Assembly (NCBI GenBank): GCA_008369845.1
Contig: MRSU01000013.1
Span: 1 to 64,000 of the forward strand
Length of the DNA: 64,000 nucleotides
Direction of reading: 5' to 3'
Source of the DNA: Trichomonas gallinae
Taxonomy: Eukaryota
The position numbers were made by a program, and so were the translations under genes. Position 1 is the stretch's first letter. Each line of letters opens with the position of its first letter. A model generated the notes under the pieces. That model had not been told where the DNA came from. It did not search any database and worked only from the letters and a program-made list of their open reading frames with translations. Shown here in pieces: positions 45,801-55,983 of this stretch.

Positions 45801-47254
45801 TCATTGACAATCTTGTCGAATATAACCAAATACTCAGTAGAATTGATGCGATCACGCAATACATATCAACAGTAATAGATTATATCAGATTGCACGCGAC
45901 AATTGTTAACAACGAGAACAAATGCCCGAAGCCAGAAGACATTCCGTTCGTCAAGCCATCAGAACTCATTCATCTCCTTTCACATGTGTTCAATCAGCAC
46001 TACCCAGAGAGCCTAGTCAATACCGTTTGCAGGCTCTTCCTTTCGATCAGCGCGAACCACAACGAGAGCGGCGAAAACCTTCTATTAATAGATTTTGTCA
46101 AATCCGTCGCCAATTATGTTGAGTGGCGCAGAACCCCACTTGTCTTCGATGTATTCTCTCGTGCGTTGAGGAGAACATCAAATTTCCCTAACAGCGATGA
46201 TGTATTTAAGCAGCTCAACAGAATTTTCGATGTTTGCATTCACGCTATGATCGAAGACAAAATTGAGGCAGCTGGTGAGTCGCTCGTTGGTATTTCTTAT
46301 TATCTCAGGAACGACAGGAACTCCATTGACACATCCAGAGGCATTCTGCTGTGTTCCGCCGCTGATTCGCTCTGCAGCAATGAACTTCTCGGTCCGATGT
46401 TCATCAACGCGCTAACTTGTTTTGTTACTGTTGACACTGATTTCGATGAATCAGAAGAAATCGTTAATATCAATGCAAACAAGTTTATCAGCATTAACAT
46501 CATCGACAGGATATGCAACACTAAGCTCGAGAGACATTCTAAACTCTGGCCAGCATTATTCTCTTTCTTAGCAACTCTTCCACCTGAAAACGAAGTTGCA
46601 ATGAGATTTGTTGTAACTTCACTGCAATACATGGTCTTCTTCTTGACCGATTCTTCATCTTCATACACACTGCAGGCTGCTCTAACCTCTCTGATTTACA
46701 GAATCAGAGGCAGCTACAAGCAGATAGCGAATGAAAACCCAGCAGCATTCAACGCGCTCATGAGGACATGCTTCGACAGGATGAAGCACGCATTGAATGC
46801 GATAAAGAATCCAGGCGACGAAGAGAAAGACGAGCAGCTAGAAACACTTACAAACTGCCTATTGATATTCAACTGCCAGTTCGAACTGCCCGTCTCAGAA
46901 GTCGTCGCTTTCTCCGACAACAAAGACAATAAGAAACAATCTTTGGAGTTGATGAGATTGATAATGGACTACATGCATAAAAAGATGGACGACGACAAGC
47001 AAACAAAGGAATTTGACGAAATGAAGAAGTGGCTGATCATCTTCGAGTCATCTGCAAGATTATTCGTCGGCCTGTCTTTGATGTCGTTAGCACAGAATGA
47101 GTCGACAAATGAAGGAGCAACAGAGTCGTTCAGAGAATTGGCGGATAAAGTCGCAAAGACAATCAGGGAGTACCAATATGCAAACAAGCTCACTGAGACA
47201 ACAGCCTTCTTGGATAAGGCGATGAAGCTCTTTGATAAGACTAACCAAGCGTAA
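42803..47254 (+). CDS. Nup188/Nup205-family scaffold nucleoporin-like protein with CNOT11-like N-terminal segment
   Basis: 1483 aa, helical. ESFPRIVHRKFQSKYQKWKI, LLDFIASTLMSQPAF and HEYGNDFYID..YNQILSRIDA recall Nup188/205; the first ~165 aa recall the CNOT11 N-domain. Confidence 0.55.
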   Translation: MYHSTIAESIIDILRSKDETLDELEAKFRHSFDFNERSALISSISILILENVLSKEEQIIGLWFIFREYSKSPISQSPYFILFKTLIIPILKEQLSKGKTSTTAKPTASKDEKDKKRGDKSSNTFNVLSQDVKTLFDEYLATLASFMLLNSPTLTQIGKKKPSEINEKLKDDDINKITEKYMKRAVSPIAAVEEIMRITPAVHHYIFLEILFFKLLNMSSQDIIAKLTDQKLALDFQQPSYFRINRFLELATFLKGDLQYVYAAMLSFFKFDDEMLNQLPDEAYAPIIFIKYLKDSSDSSTQKSTQPAIQTLRNFNIFGIMSQWVDIIKSRFSKTFFSIIAIHIQNILFHVLQCQSERKKEFLNINILPILIKVAVKERPMPFTEANFAQLLIPHKDRRGTFIEDLFPYFAAICKNSTVATMIKKILNGNDMSGATKSMTSRSTRRSKISFFINFLDESESSLAKSTIGKSSAEYSSFLLLHKLIKYSNDQDKKSLIYLITNRYKLEHSSSSEMQLFYIIISQYLWIPAFAPFAAKIISNTIGISPKETIEFFETQLQSKFTDFIKIIESTNNDDRIILAFITISKIMNKLYFKYRSPIKEIPRFSKLILQESFPRIVHRKFQSKYQKWKILRKLVTATEDLLYFDSDFCTMIHTNESFISAIITLINTGASAISTTSVPNKAEQIYADRVDTIYPLKCEIATLRFIKIILTRYLENSNDVSPLCKIFFNAKSDASAIFSTLIGFFESHNATAKSEELASTALEVIELLCTIAARMKDVSVDAYYSESKQAGLNDMAYQNLIENNSTEQKYISLLDFIASTLMSQPAFAFSFIQHIAKSFYKAVISNKLLADSKSRPRLLLSLSRLIAHMFRKLSANSKTLTEIAGNQISSEFWTQAFSLLTDRANKDPNFILAQSYLMQAHICYICSHPSECRAELKKASLNDIINSLIERIPPINIQVNEKLEIDFSRFRNDIHEYGNDFYIDTNLFKFYHPTADKAFIDNLVEYNQILSRIDAITQYISTVIDYIRLHATIVNNENKCPKPEDIPFVKPSELIHLLSHVFNQHYPESLVNTVCRLFLSISANHNESGENLLLIDFVKSVANYVEWRRTPLVFDVFSRALRRTSNFPNSDDVFKQLNRIFDVCIHAMIEDKIEAAGESLVGISYYLRNDRNSIDTSRGILLCSAADSLCSNELLGPMFINALTCFVTVDTDFDESEEIVNINANKFISINIIDRICNTKLERHSKLWPALFSFLATLPPENEVAMRFVVTSLQYMVFFLTDSSSSYTLQAALTSLIYRIRGSYKQIANENPAAFNALMRTCFDRMKHALNAIKNPGDEEKDEQLETLTNCLLIFNCQFELPVSEVVAFSDNKDNKKQSLELMRLIMDYMHKKMDDDKQTKEFDEMKKWLIIFESSARLFVGLSLMSLAQNESTNEGATESFRELADKVAKTIREYQYANKLTETTAFLDKAMKLFDKTNQA

Positions 47255-47900
47255 TTTATTTATTATTTTTTTAAATACAGTTATAAATATATATATTATT
47301 AGGGAAAAATTCGAATTCCATGATATTTTGAGCTTTTTAAAAATGTAAGAAAATGTGTTGAATCCCATCTTTTTAATATTTTTCTTCAAACTTTGCTAGT
47401 GCACTATATTTGCATATGCTATGTTGTTGAGCATGATTTATTGTAATGTAGTTGAATAGCATCATAAAAAGTAAATTAGTCAACTTCTATATGAAGCAAA
47501 TAATATTTACTATCATAGAAGTGTGTAAAAATTTGCAAACTAGATGAAGGATATTCGGATGTTATTATATCAAAATTTATTAGTGATCTTGTGAGATTTA
47601 TATCAATACACAGTCAAAAGAATGTATGAATCGAATCAACAATATCTATTCTGATTCATAACAAATTGGCATTTACAGGTGATAAAAAGGATAAAGAAGT
47701 TATGAGAATGGTAAATTATGCCTTAAAAGAAGCAATGAGCAACATTTCCGAGATATTGACTTTCAAAATCTAATTTTGTGACAAACGTGTATTGAAGGAT
47801 ATAATCTAATGTATTTAAGCTGTTATCTTAATATATTTGATTGAAAAGGATATGTTGGAAAAATTGCAAAGTCATTTTTTGGCAATAATAAGAAAAATTA

Positions 47901-48215
47901 TTAAAATTTTGCAACTGGAACGAAGGATAGTTGATTAGGATTCATTAGCAGCTGTGGGCTTATATCTGAAGGAGAAGCTCTTTCGTAAAAGTTTCTTGAA
48001 TTAGATTCTGGCAATTGAGGCGATTTTTCAGGTATTTTAGACATAGTAATTAATACTTTGAATGAATCAACAGAGTCTGACGGAATGGATTTCCCATCCT
48101 CAGACTTTTGAGCAGCTGGCTTAGATTTAATTGTTGTAATTGTGTTTTTATGATAATGTAACAAAAAATCCTGCAATGATTTATATCCTTTTGGGAGCGG
48201 AACAGATCGGTTCAT
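47901..48215 (-). CDS. Short hypothetical ORF, possibly a truncated gene
   Basis: ATG at 48215, 104 aa, ending LLMNPNQLSFVPVAKF*; no open continuation downstream. Confidence 0.4.
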   Translation of the reverse strand: MNRSVPLPKGYKSLQDFLLHYHKNTITTIKSKPAAQKSEDGKSIPSDSVDSFKVLITMSKIPEKSPQLPESNSRNFYERASPSDISPQLLMNPNQLSFVPVAKF

Positions 48216-48234
48216 TAAAAACAAATCTGACTAT

Positions 48235-48428
48235 TTTACATGACATTTTATTATGTATTTCATAGAATTACATGGCAAATGATAAATTTATTTGTCAAAA
48301 TCAAACTTACAATGGCAAATAATTTCTATAGTTTGAATGACAAATAAACTGGTTTATTTGTCAAAATCAAATTTACGATGACAAAAGGTTTTCTGTAGTT
48401 TACATGACAAAAATAATTTACATTGACA
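48235..48428 (-). promoter_or_regulatory. Array of ~7 TTTACATGACAA-type motifs including a ~66-bp tandem duplication
   Basis: Copies near 48235, 48267, 48307, 48332, 48372, 48399 and 48417; tttatttgtcaaaatcaaa repeated at ~48287 and ~48353. Confidence 0.7.
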
Positions 48429-48486
48429 GATTGTCACTTTTATTACAAAATTTTCAGTTTAACAAATTCTGTTAAATAATTTTAAA

Positions 48487-48954
48487 ATGTCATCTGCTTC
48501 AGAAGAAAGCAAGCAGGAAAGACTTAATCAAGATACAGCAAAAGCAGTCGAGGCATCAGGTGGCATAAACTACCTCTATGCAGAGTATATTCGCAAAGTT
48601 GCAAACAGAGTTGTTGCATCTGAAGATACAATCGTTGACAGACTTCAGCCAAATGTTCACGTTAACATCAGAGAAGAGGCATGGCGCCAGGCTATCTGCG
48701 TCACTCTTGCATATCTTAAGAGATTCAAGATGGAAGAATCAATCGCTACAATGAGATCGGAATTTCCGGAAACACCAGTCAAATCTGGATACAGTAAACG
48801 TTCTGATCTTGAAGCATTCTTCTCTGAAACTGCTGATATTATCTCAGACATGAAGAGAAAGAACTTTGATAGACGCGTAAAGGAATTCGCTGATGAAGCT
48901 GGTTTAGATCCTGCTATGCCTGTTCAAAAGAAGGAAAAGCGTCACAGACATTAA
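48487..48954 (+). CDS. Small LisH-motif protein, FOP/FOR20/OFD1-like
   Basis: AVEASGGINYLYAEYIRKV (TOF-like) and VTLAYLKRFKMEESIATMRSE (LisH-like); biased codons. Confidence 0.5.
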   Translation: MSSASEESKQERLNQDTAKAVEASGGINYLYAEYIRKVANRVVASEDTIVDRLQPNVHVNIREEAWRQAICVTLAYLKRFKMEESIATMRSEFPETPVKSGYSKRSDLEAFFSETADIISDMKRKNFDRRVKEFADEAGLDPAMPVQKKEKRHRH

Positions 48955-49466
48955 TTTGTCTGAGTGGTTCGGCATCATTTTTACAGTTTAATTACTTGTC
49001 TCTTAAAAATAAATATTAAATTATTATGATCTCTACGTCTAAAAATGGATTAAGTATTTTATATATTTCTTTATTAACTTAAATTGATAAAGATAATGCT
49101 GTGCATTACATCTATAAAATGATATTTCAATATAGTTATCTAAAACATAATGAGACTCAATTAAATGGATGGAATTCGGTTTTATCTCAATATAGACTTA
49201 TTATCATCGTAATCTATTGTGTATTATCTTGAAATGAGTTCAAAACATGAGAGAATCCACTTTAATCACTCTATTTGCTTCATATTTAGTTTATGATTTA
49301 CTTTTTATGAGTTGAGACTAGAATATATTATTTGCATAAACACCAGAAAATGATTGCTATGTGTTTTATCGTTTATTTATAAAAAAAAAATTAGATTATT
49401 ATGAAATTTTATAACAAACAAATAAAAATTGTATCTACAAACACTTACTTGAACCTCTATGCAATG

Positions 49467-50330
49467 CTATGGTTCTTTTTTATCATTAAGTATCTTTTTC
49501 TCTATATCTTCTTCTTCAACATTGGAATTTCGTTCTTTTTTCTTCAAAACTTTTATTTTCTTCTTTATCCTCTGCCCTGAATTACTCTTTTCCTTTTCTG
49601 TTGCTTGTTCTGATAAATTTAAAGGAATTTGATGATCTGTTGGCGATTCACCATCAATTTCATGTGGAAATCTAGATTTTGGTTCATCATGAGGCGGAGA
49701 AACCATAAATGAGCCATCTTCAATGATATCGTGTTGTTGAATAGAATAAATATGTTCGAAAGATGGCTTAGGTATTGAATCTTCGTCTATCACTATCAAT
49801 GCACTATCCTTTGGCTGTTGTGAAAGCAAGTTTTGAACATTAGAATTTGATGATTTAATTTGATGCCATAAATTATCAATATTTGAGTGAATCTTCTTTA
49901 TATGCTTGTCAAGATATTCAGAAGATTTGAATTTCTGATTGCAAATAGGGCAAGGATGAATTTCACCTTTTAATACATCAATTAAACTTCTAGCTTTCGT
50001 ATATGAACTTTCTAGGGACTGATACATTTCTTGCATTCTCCATATGATTTCGTCTTTTTGTTCAATTGCTTTTTTATATCTAATTGATCCTTCAACTAAC
50101 ATTGTACAAGCAACTTGACATAGCCTGAGGAATTTAGGAAGTACCGGGTTATTATATTTCGCAGGATCATCTATAATATCGATTTGTTTGAATCTCTTGA
50201 TAAATAATTTAATTGTTTCTGTTTGATGAAGAGATAGAATCTCATCTGGATTGAAGGAATCAATGAAGTCCCAATCAATGTTCTTCGATTTCTCGGTCTC
50301 AGATTTGCTTCTTTGACCAGAATCAATCAT
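49467..50330 (-). CDS. DZIP1/Iguana-like N-terminal domain + C2H2 zinc finger protein
   Basis: IDWDFIDSFNPDEI..KFLRLCQVACTML, then coiled coil and CPICNQKFKSSEYLDKHIKKIH. Confidence 0.75.
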   Translation of the reverse strand: MIDSGQRSKSETEKSKNIDWDFIDSFNPDEILSLHQTETIKLFIKRFKQIDIIDDPAKYNNPVLPKFLRLCQVACTMLVEGSIRYKKAIEQKDEIIWRMQEMYQSLESSYTKARSLIDVLKGEIHPCPICNQKFKSSEYLDKHIKKIHSNIDNLWHQIKSSNSNVQNLLSQQPKDSALIVIDEDSIPKPSFEHIYSIQQHDIIEDGSFMVSPPHDEPKSRFPHEIDGESPTDHQIPLNLSEQATEKEKSNSGQRIKKKIKVLKKKERNSNVEEEDIEKKILNDKKEP

Positions 50331-51501
50331 CGAAAAATAAACGTTTTTTAATAATTTAATTTTTTATCGAAAATTTTCGGTGATTTTTTGTTTTTATTAT
50401 ACTATTATGTGTTTAGATGCAAAATCTAATATTTCGCAAATTGAATGAGCTAAAATTTTCAAAATTTTCGATCTGAAACTATTAAAAATAAACAATTGAC
50501 TTGATATTAATTCTGATTTGCGAGGAAATTTCAATTAAATCGTAGTAACTCCAAAGATTCCGGGGAAAAATCTTAGTAGACTAAACATCATACATACATA
50601 TAGTGATTATATGGTAGAAGCATTAAAACTCAAGCTTCATTAGAAAGTTTCTTGCAAATGCATTTGGATTCCTGACTGGTAAAAGGTAAGCATTCATTCT
50701 CTCAAGGCATGATATATAATTATATATGAATACAAAGGATTATTTTATTCAATTCCACAAATAATTTGCTGTTTTGAAAATATTTGCACCATTTTAGATG
50801 ATATTGAATGCATTGGCGATAATATCTAAATTTACGAATATATTTTAGGGCTCAAAGTTATTTTAAACAGATATCTTTATAAAAAAATCAAAATAATTTT
50901 GTTCAACTTTGGAACATTTGACATCTATAAAAATATCTAATAAATTATCGATACTGATGATCATTTAGCAAAAATTCAAGATTTTTTGAATTTTGTATAA
51001 TGAATAAAGATTCATGTAGAATTGAGATTCTTTCAGCTATATGAAATGCCCCTTAAATATTAACCCATTATATTTTTGATTTTTTTAATGCATTGTATCA
51101 AAATATCTATTAAAACAAGAAAATTTGAACCAATTCAATGCTTGAGTCATTATATAACTTGCAGTAGCAATATTATTGAGCCCATCATCAATTTGTGATA
51201 TTGTTGCTTGTTGATTGCGATCAACAACTCTATGAGGCCTTCTTCTGAAGCTTTCAATTTAAATTGATATACATGGCCATACATCAATCAAATTTCAAAG
51301 TACAGATTCTTGAATAAAAATAAAAAAAAACAAGAGTAAAATTTTCAATGATATCGATTACTCATAGTGACATTTACTATAATTTGGTTATGTTTTCAGA
51401 GATAATCATTTAACATGCACGTTATATCAGATCAAATTCATCTCAATTATCTGTAAAACCGTTACACAATCTTTGAAAATCAAATTAAAATAAAATTCAA
51501 A

Positions 51502-51981
51502 ATGGAGAAGAGGAGTGAAAAAAAGTTAGGAAAGAATAGCAGAAGGATGTTCACTCCTGAAGAAGATTTGGTAATTATATCGATGTTTGGGCAGCAATCC
51601 AACAAAAATTGGAATCAAATTGCGAGTTTATTAAAAAATCGAACAGCAAGACAAGTGCGAGAAAGGTTTAAAAATTACCTATCACCAGGAATTAAAAATG
51701 GACCTTGGACTCGCGAAGAAGACCAACTTTTGAGAGATTTATACCAACAATATGGTTCAAAATGGTCTAAAATTTCAAACCACTTCCCAAGCAGATCAGA
51801 AATCAATATTAAAAACAGATGGACTTCTATATCCAAGGTCATTCCTGTCAAAATCGAAAAAAATATTGACGATAAAGAGAATATTCAACATCTAGAGGAG
51901 TTGGATTCCACAGAGTTTGATGCATTCCAGTACGACAGTGATCCTCAAATGGATATATTTGATTTACAGTTCCAAATATAG
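51502..51981 (+). CDS. R2R3 Myb-like DNA-binding protein
   Basis: FTPEED..NWNQIA..RTARQVRERFKNYLSP..GPWTREED..YGSKWSKI..RSEINIKNRW. Confidence 0.92.
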   Translation: MEKRSEKKLGKNSRRMFTPEEDLVIISMFGQQSNKNWNQIASLLKNRTARQVRERFKNYLSPGIKNGPWTREEDQLLRDLYQQYGSKWSKISNHFPSRSEINIKNRWTSISKVIPVKIEKNIDDKENIQHLEELDSTEFDAFQYDSDPQMDIFDLQFQI

Positions 51982-52596
51982 ATTGTTTTTCTTGTTCATT
52001 TAATTAAAGCCGTTATTATTGCGCTTAACCGCTGTTAATTTTCATGTTTTTTTAAGCTTTTTTGATGATCGAATATCAAATCTTTTGGAATTAAACCTAT
52101 TTTACATATATTTACAGCTGCAATATTACTATATTTATATAGTGAGTGCATCACATGTATGTAATGATCGGTGAACATTGAATATTTGATCATGACATTT
52201 CAGAAATAAGGACTCTAAAGGAAAATAAGTTTAGAAATTGATCAACACATTGAGTAGCACTGTTATATACTACTGAAATCGAAATCGAGAACATTAGATA
52301 ATATTAACCCAAAACTATTGTCTACTATCCTAATGGTCAAAGAAACATATAATTTAGCCTATATGAATACTGATAATTTCAACCAAAACGCCTACTATAA
52401 GAATTATATTTAATTCAAATTAAAATATCAAAATTTCCGATTGTTTTCAAGTCCCATAATGGTACATGAGTAGAAGAACTTATATTACATAAGCAAAATT
52501 TAATTATCGAAAATATATTGTTGACATCATCTTGGATAACTAATATATAATCATATTTATCATACATACAAAACATACTAAACTATAAAAAAGAAA

Positions 52597-53544
52597 TCAA
52601 TCAGATATCATTGATTTCTTCATATTCTGTAAAACAATTAACCTTTGTTTCATTTCATCGAGCTTAGATACCTTCTGCTCATGCTTTTGCTTTGATGAAA
52701 CTAACTCTAAATTCAATTTTTCGATTTCTTGATCAACATCAGATTTTCTAGCTAAAATTATGTCCATTTGATTCATTAGTTCTGTCATTTTGCTTCTCAT
52801 TCCGAATGATCGCACATTCACAAGTTTCTTTTTCGAATCATTTAATTCATTAGCTAGCAATGCAATGTTACTTTCCAATTCTTCAATTGACTTTTTATCT
52901 TCTTCCTTTTGCAAAGAAATCTCCAAACGAAGAAACTCATCGAGATCATCATACTTTTTTTTCAAGTATCTATATTTGTTCTTGATTTGATCGGAAACTT
53001 TTTGAATAGTAAGCTCATCTATTGGTTTATCAAGTTCAGCTTGCTTTTCAATAACAACATTTCTCAATTCTGAAACTTTTTTATTTAAATCGATGAGTAC
53101 ATATGTTTGTTCAAGAAGAGATGGATCCTTGACACGATTTTTAATTATTGAAATTAGATAATCATTGTAATTTGAAATTAAATTTGTAATATCATGTTTG
53201 GAGATCTCATTTTCGTTTTTAAATTCCATTGTTGCAAGAGTTTTATGATAGTACTCGTTTAACATAACGCTTAAATTTCTTAAATCTTTATTTTCTTGCG
53301 CTTCGATATTTAATTTTAACTGTAATTTCTCATTTTGTCGCTTCTGTTGTTTCACTGTATCTTTTAGTGGTACAGATGCCTTCTGATCTTTATCAGAAAC
53401 CTTTGATAAAAATGCTGTTAGGTTTTCTGTTTTGCTTTCTTCATCAATAATGTTTCTGCGAGAAGACTGTGCCACTCCTAATCTCTCGACACTAAATCCA
53501 ATTCTATCTTTCTTCCCCGAAAATTTAGTTGAAGAGAGATCCAT
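52597..53544 (-). CDS. Coiled-coil hypothetical protein
   Basis: First ATG at 53544 (MDLSSTK); heptad-rich; GTCACTTT about 40 bp upstream. Confidence 0.7.
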   Translation of the reverse strand: MDLSSTKFSGKKDRIGFSVERLGVAQSSRRNIIDEESKTENLTAFLSKVSDKDQKASVPLKDTVKQQKRQNEKLQLKLNIEAQENKDLRNLSVMLNEYYHKTLATMEFKNENEISKHDITNLISNYNDYLISIIKNRVKDPSLLEQTYVLIDLNKKVSELRNVVIEKQAELDKPIDELTIQKVSDQIKNKYRYLKKKYDDLDEFLRLEISLQKEEDKKSIEELESNIALLANELNDSKKKLVNVRSFGMRSKMTELMNQMDIILARKSDVDQEIEKLNLELVSSKQKHEQKVSKLDEMKQRLIVLQNMKKSMISD

Positions 53545-53863
53545 ATTTTTAAACGGCAATGACGATCATCTTTTCTTAATAAAAAGTGACAAAAGATTTT
53601 AGGAAAAATAATTAAAGCAATATATATACTTAAGACAATCAATCCGCTATATAACCTACCTAAACTTCACAAATATTGCGAAAATATCTTATAATAAGTT
53701 AATATTGAAAATTAGAGATTTATCATCATCAAAGAAAACCAAAAATTAAATGATTTTTAATTGACAATTGATATATTATAATGATATAAATGATTTAAAA
53801 TGATGGAAAATAATTTTGTCATATAAAATTTCAAAAATTTACATGTCAGAAATAATTTTAAAA

Positions 53864-54514
53864 ATGGATCCATTTATATTGGAAGAAGTTAAATCTTTAT
53901 TTGATAAGTTTTCACAGAAACCAACAGCGAGAATATTGCATAGATTCTCTGCCAGCGGTGATGCTACGGTTACAATGGAAGATATAAAAAAGAAATTACA
54001 AAATAAGAAATACGCGAGCCCATTTGACTTCATTTTAGATGTACGCGAGTTATTATTCAGAGCACAAGAAAAATACGCAAATGATGTTAATGCAACGTTA
54101 GTTCTTGAAGATTTATCACTTCATTTCGAAAGAAAAGCTGGATCTCTTCCAAGATCACGTGCAGAAAAAGTTCAGAAACTATTTAAGAAAGATATCGAGA
54201 AATTTACATTAATCAGAAGAGCAATGTCATTATCTGCATATTCTCCGAAGTCAACACGCATTGTTCCTGCTAAAATACCAGTATCTAAATCTATGCATGG
54301 CCCTCCTGCTCCTCTTGTCCAGGAAATTCAAAGATTAATTAACGAAGTTACTGATGTTTCTGTTTTAGCTGAAATGTGTCGTATATTGAAGACACATATA
54401 CCGAACTTTGAATTGACTGAAGTTGCAACTATTGATGTTAAGAATTTATCATCTCAATGTATCGAAGATCTTCGAAACTTGTTGGTGAAGCAAAAGAAAG
54501 AAACTACAGCTTAA
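53864..54514 (+). CDS. Degenerate bromodomain + ET(NET) domain protein
   Basis: TMEDIKKKLQNKKYASPFDFILDVREL (bromodomain helices A/B); C-terminal LAEMCRILK..TIDVKNLSSQCIEDL (ET). Alternative ATG at 53843. Confidence 0.7.
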   Translation: MDPFILEEVKSLFDKFSQKPTARILHRFSASGDATVTMEDIKKKLQNKKYASPFDFILDVRELLFRAQEKYANDVNATLVLEDLSLHFERKAGSLPRSRAEKVQKLFKKDIEKFTLIRRAMSLSAYSPKSTRIVPAKIPVSKSMHGPPAPLVQEIQRLINEVTDVSVLAEMCRILKTHIPNFELTEVATIDVKNLSSQCIEDLRNLLVKQKKETTA

Positions 54515-54834
54515 GTAGCACTTATTCATCATTAGAAATAATATTTAGATTGTATATTAATAATAAATTTACATTTTACAGAATATTTTATTGTGTATGA
54601 TCAATTTTCGTCCCTTTTCATAAATGATGAGATTTGGACTTGAATAAATTAATAATCAGTCAATAACTTTTAATAACATTTTCAATAATTAAATTTGCGC
54701 ATTTTGGAACAAAGGATTAAGCTATAGATCTGTACAACAATAATTATCTTAATGATGAAACAAAGAATAATGAGAAAAATTAATTTCTCAATCAATAATG
54801 GTTTCTCATTAAGTTTAACATGTTGAATTAGATA

Positions 54835-55983
54835 TTAGTCAGCCTTCAGGTGTGTTTGCTCTAATATTGGATGAAATGCTTCTTTCCAAGATTTATCCCA
54901 TGGAACAAGTCTTTCTTTGCATTCTTCTCTCATTGCATTGAGATCAACATTTTTGTCAACAAATACATTTTTAACAATGGCAAATAATTCTTCAGATGTT
55001 TTGAAGAAAAATCCCGTTGATTCCGAAATAGCCTCTTTAACACATCCTCGGAGCATAACTGCCACTGGTATACATGCCCATTCCATTTCCACGAGCTCTG
55101 GTGATAAATCTAGAATTGGACGAGCGCCATTAAAACAAATTCCAAGATCACATGCGCCAAGCACCCTTGGATATGCATCAGAAAGCATTGGAAGAACTAC
55201 AACCTTTACATTTTTAAGCTTAAGATTATTTAGAGAATGTTCAAGCTGGGTTTGATTTTTTCCTCCACCAAAAGCACAGAAACACAGTGGCATATTTAAT
55301 GAATCACTTCTAGTGGCTATGTCTACTACCTCTGATGCTTGTGATTCCTCTGTAATTGGAATTCCAATTAATCCAGTTTCTTTTGTGATTCCAAGGAGTG
55401 TATTAATATCATTTCTGTATTCCATGCTTGGCTGAAAGAGAGTTCCTGGATTATCACGAATGATTATACTTGGAATTTTCTTAATTTGAAGAAATCCTTG
55501 TATTGATCTAGTGGGAACAATGCATATATCAGCATAAGATGGAATACTTGTCTCTATTTTCATGAAAATACGATTCGTACTCTTCTTTACTGATTTAAAT
55601 GGACGAATATCAAAAACTAATTTTGATTTTTTAATGCGCTGTAAGATTTTTGCTATGACAATATTAAATACAATGCGTGATGTTGATGTAACAATGATAT
55701 CAATTGGTCCAAGATTAGTAAATAAAGATATTATTGTGACAAGTCGAACAATGAGTAAAAATGGAATGATCAAAATGTTCATTGACAGCAAACTAGAGTT
55801 TCCATGAGGATTTTGACGTATTTTAATGTTTGGATGATTTTCGATATCTGAAGGTAGAATGGAATTGCAATTTCCTATTAAATAAACTTGTGTATCTGGC
55901 TGATCTGCAAATGATTTCGCATGTCGTAACAGCCGAAAATTGGTGCCAAGATCGTCAAACGAGAAAACAACAACTTTCGGCAT
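54835..55983 (-). CDS. Divergent ALG1-like (GT33) glycosyltransferase
   Basis: DDLGTNFRLLRHAKSFA vs ALG1 GDVGRSPRMQYHALSLA; YPRVLGACDLGICF..LDLSPELVEM vs YPLLLGSADLGVCLH..LDLPMKVVDM. Confidence 0.75.
   Translation of the reverse strand: MPKVVVFSFDDLGTNFRLLRHAKSFADQPDTQVYLIGNCNSILPSDIENHPNIKIRQNPHGNSSLLSMNILIIPFLLIVRLVTIISLFTNLGPIDIIVTSTSRIVFNIVIAKILQRIKKSKLVFDIRPFKSVKKSTNRIFMKIETSIPSYADICIVPTRSIQGFLQIKKIPSIIIRDNPGTLFQPSMEYRNDINTLLGITKETGLIGIPITEESQASEVVDIATRSDSLNMPLCFCAFGGGKNQTQLEHSLNNLKLKNVKVVVLPMLSDAYPRVLGACDLGICFNGARPILDLSPELVEMEWACIPVAVMLRGCVKEAISESTGFFFKTSEELFAIVKNVFVDKNVDLNAMREECKERLVPWDKSWKEAFHPILEQTHLKAD

Noticed and set aside
54768..54811. 10-bp inverted repeat between convergent genes as a terminator
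   Set aside because: Short and AT-rich, plausible by chance; bacterial-type terminators do not apply here.
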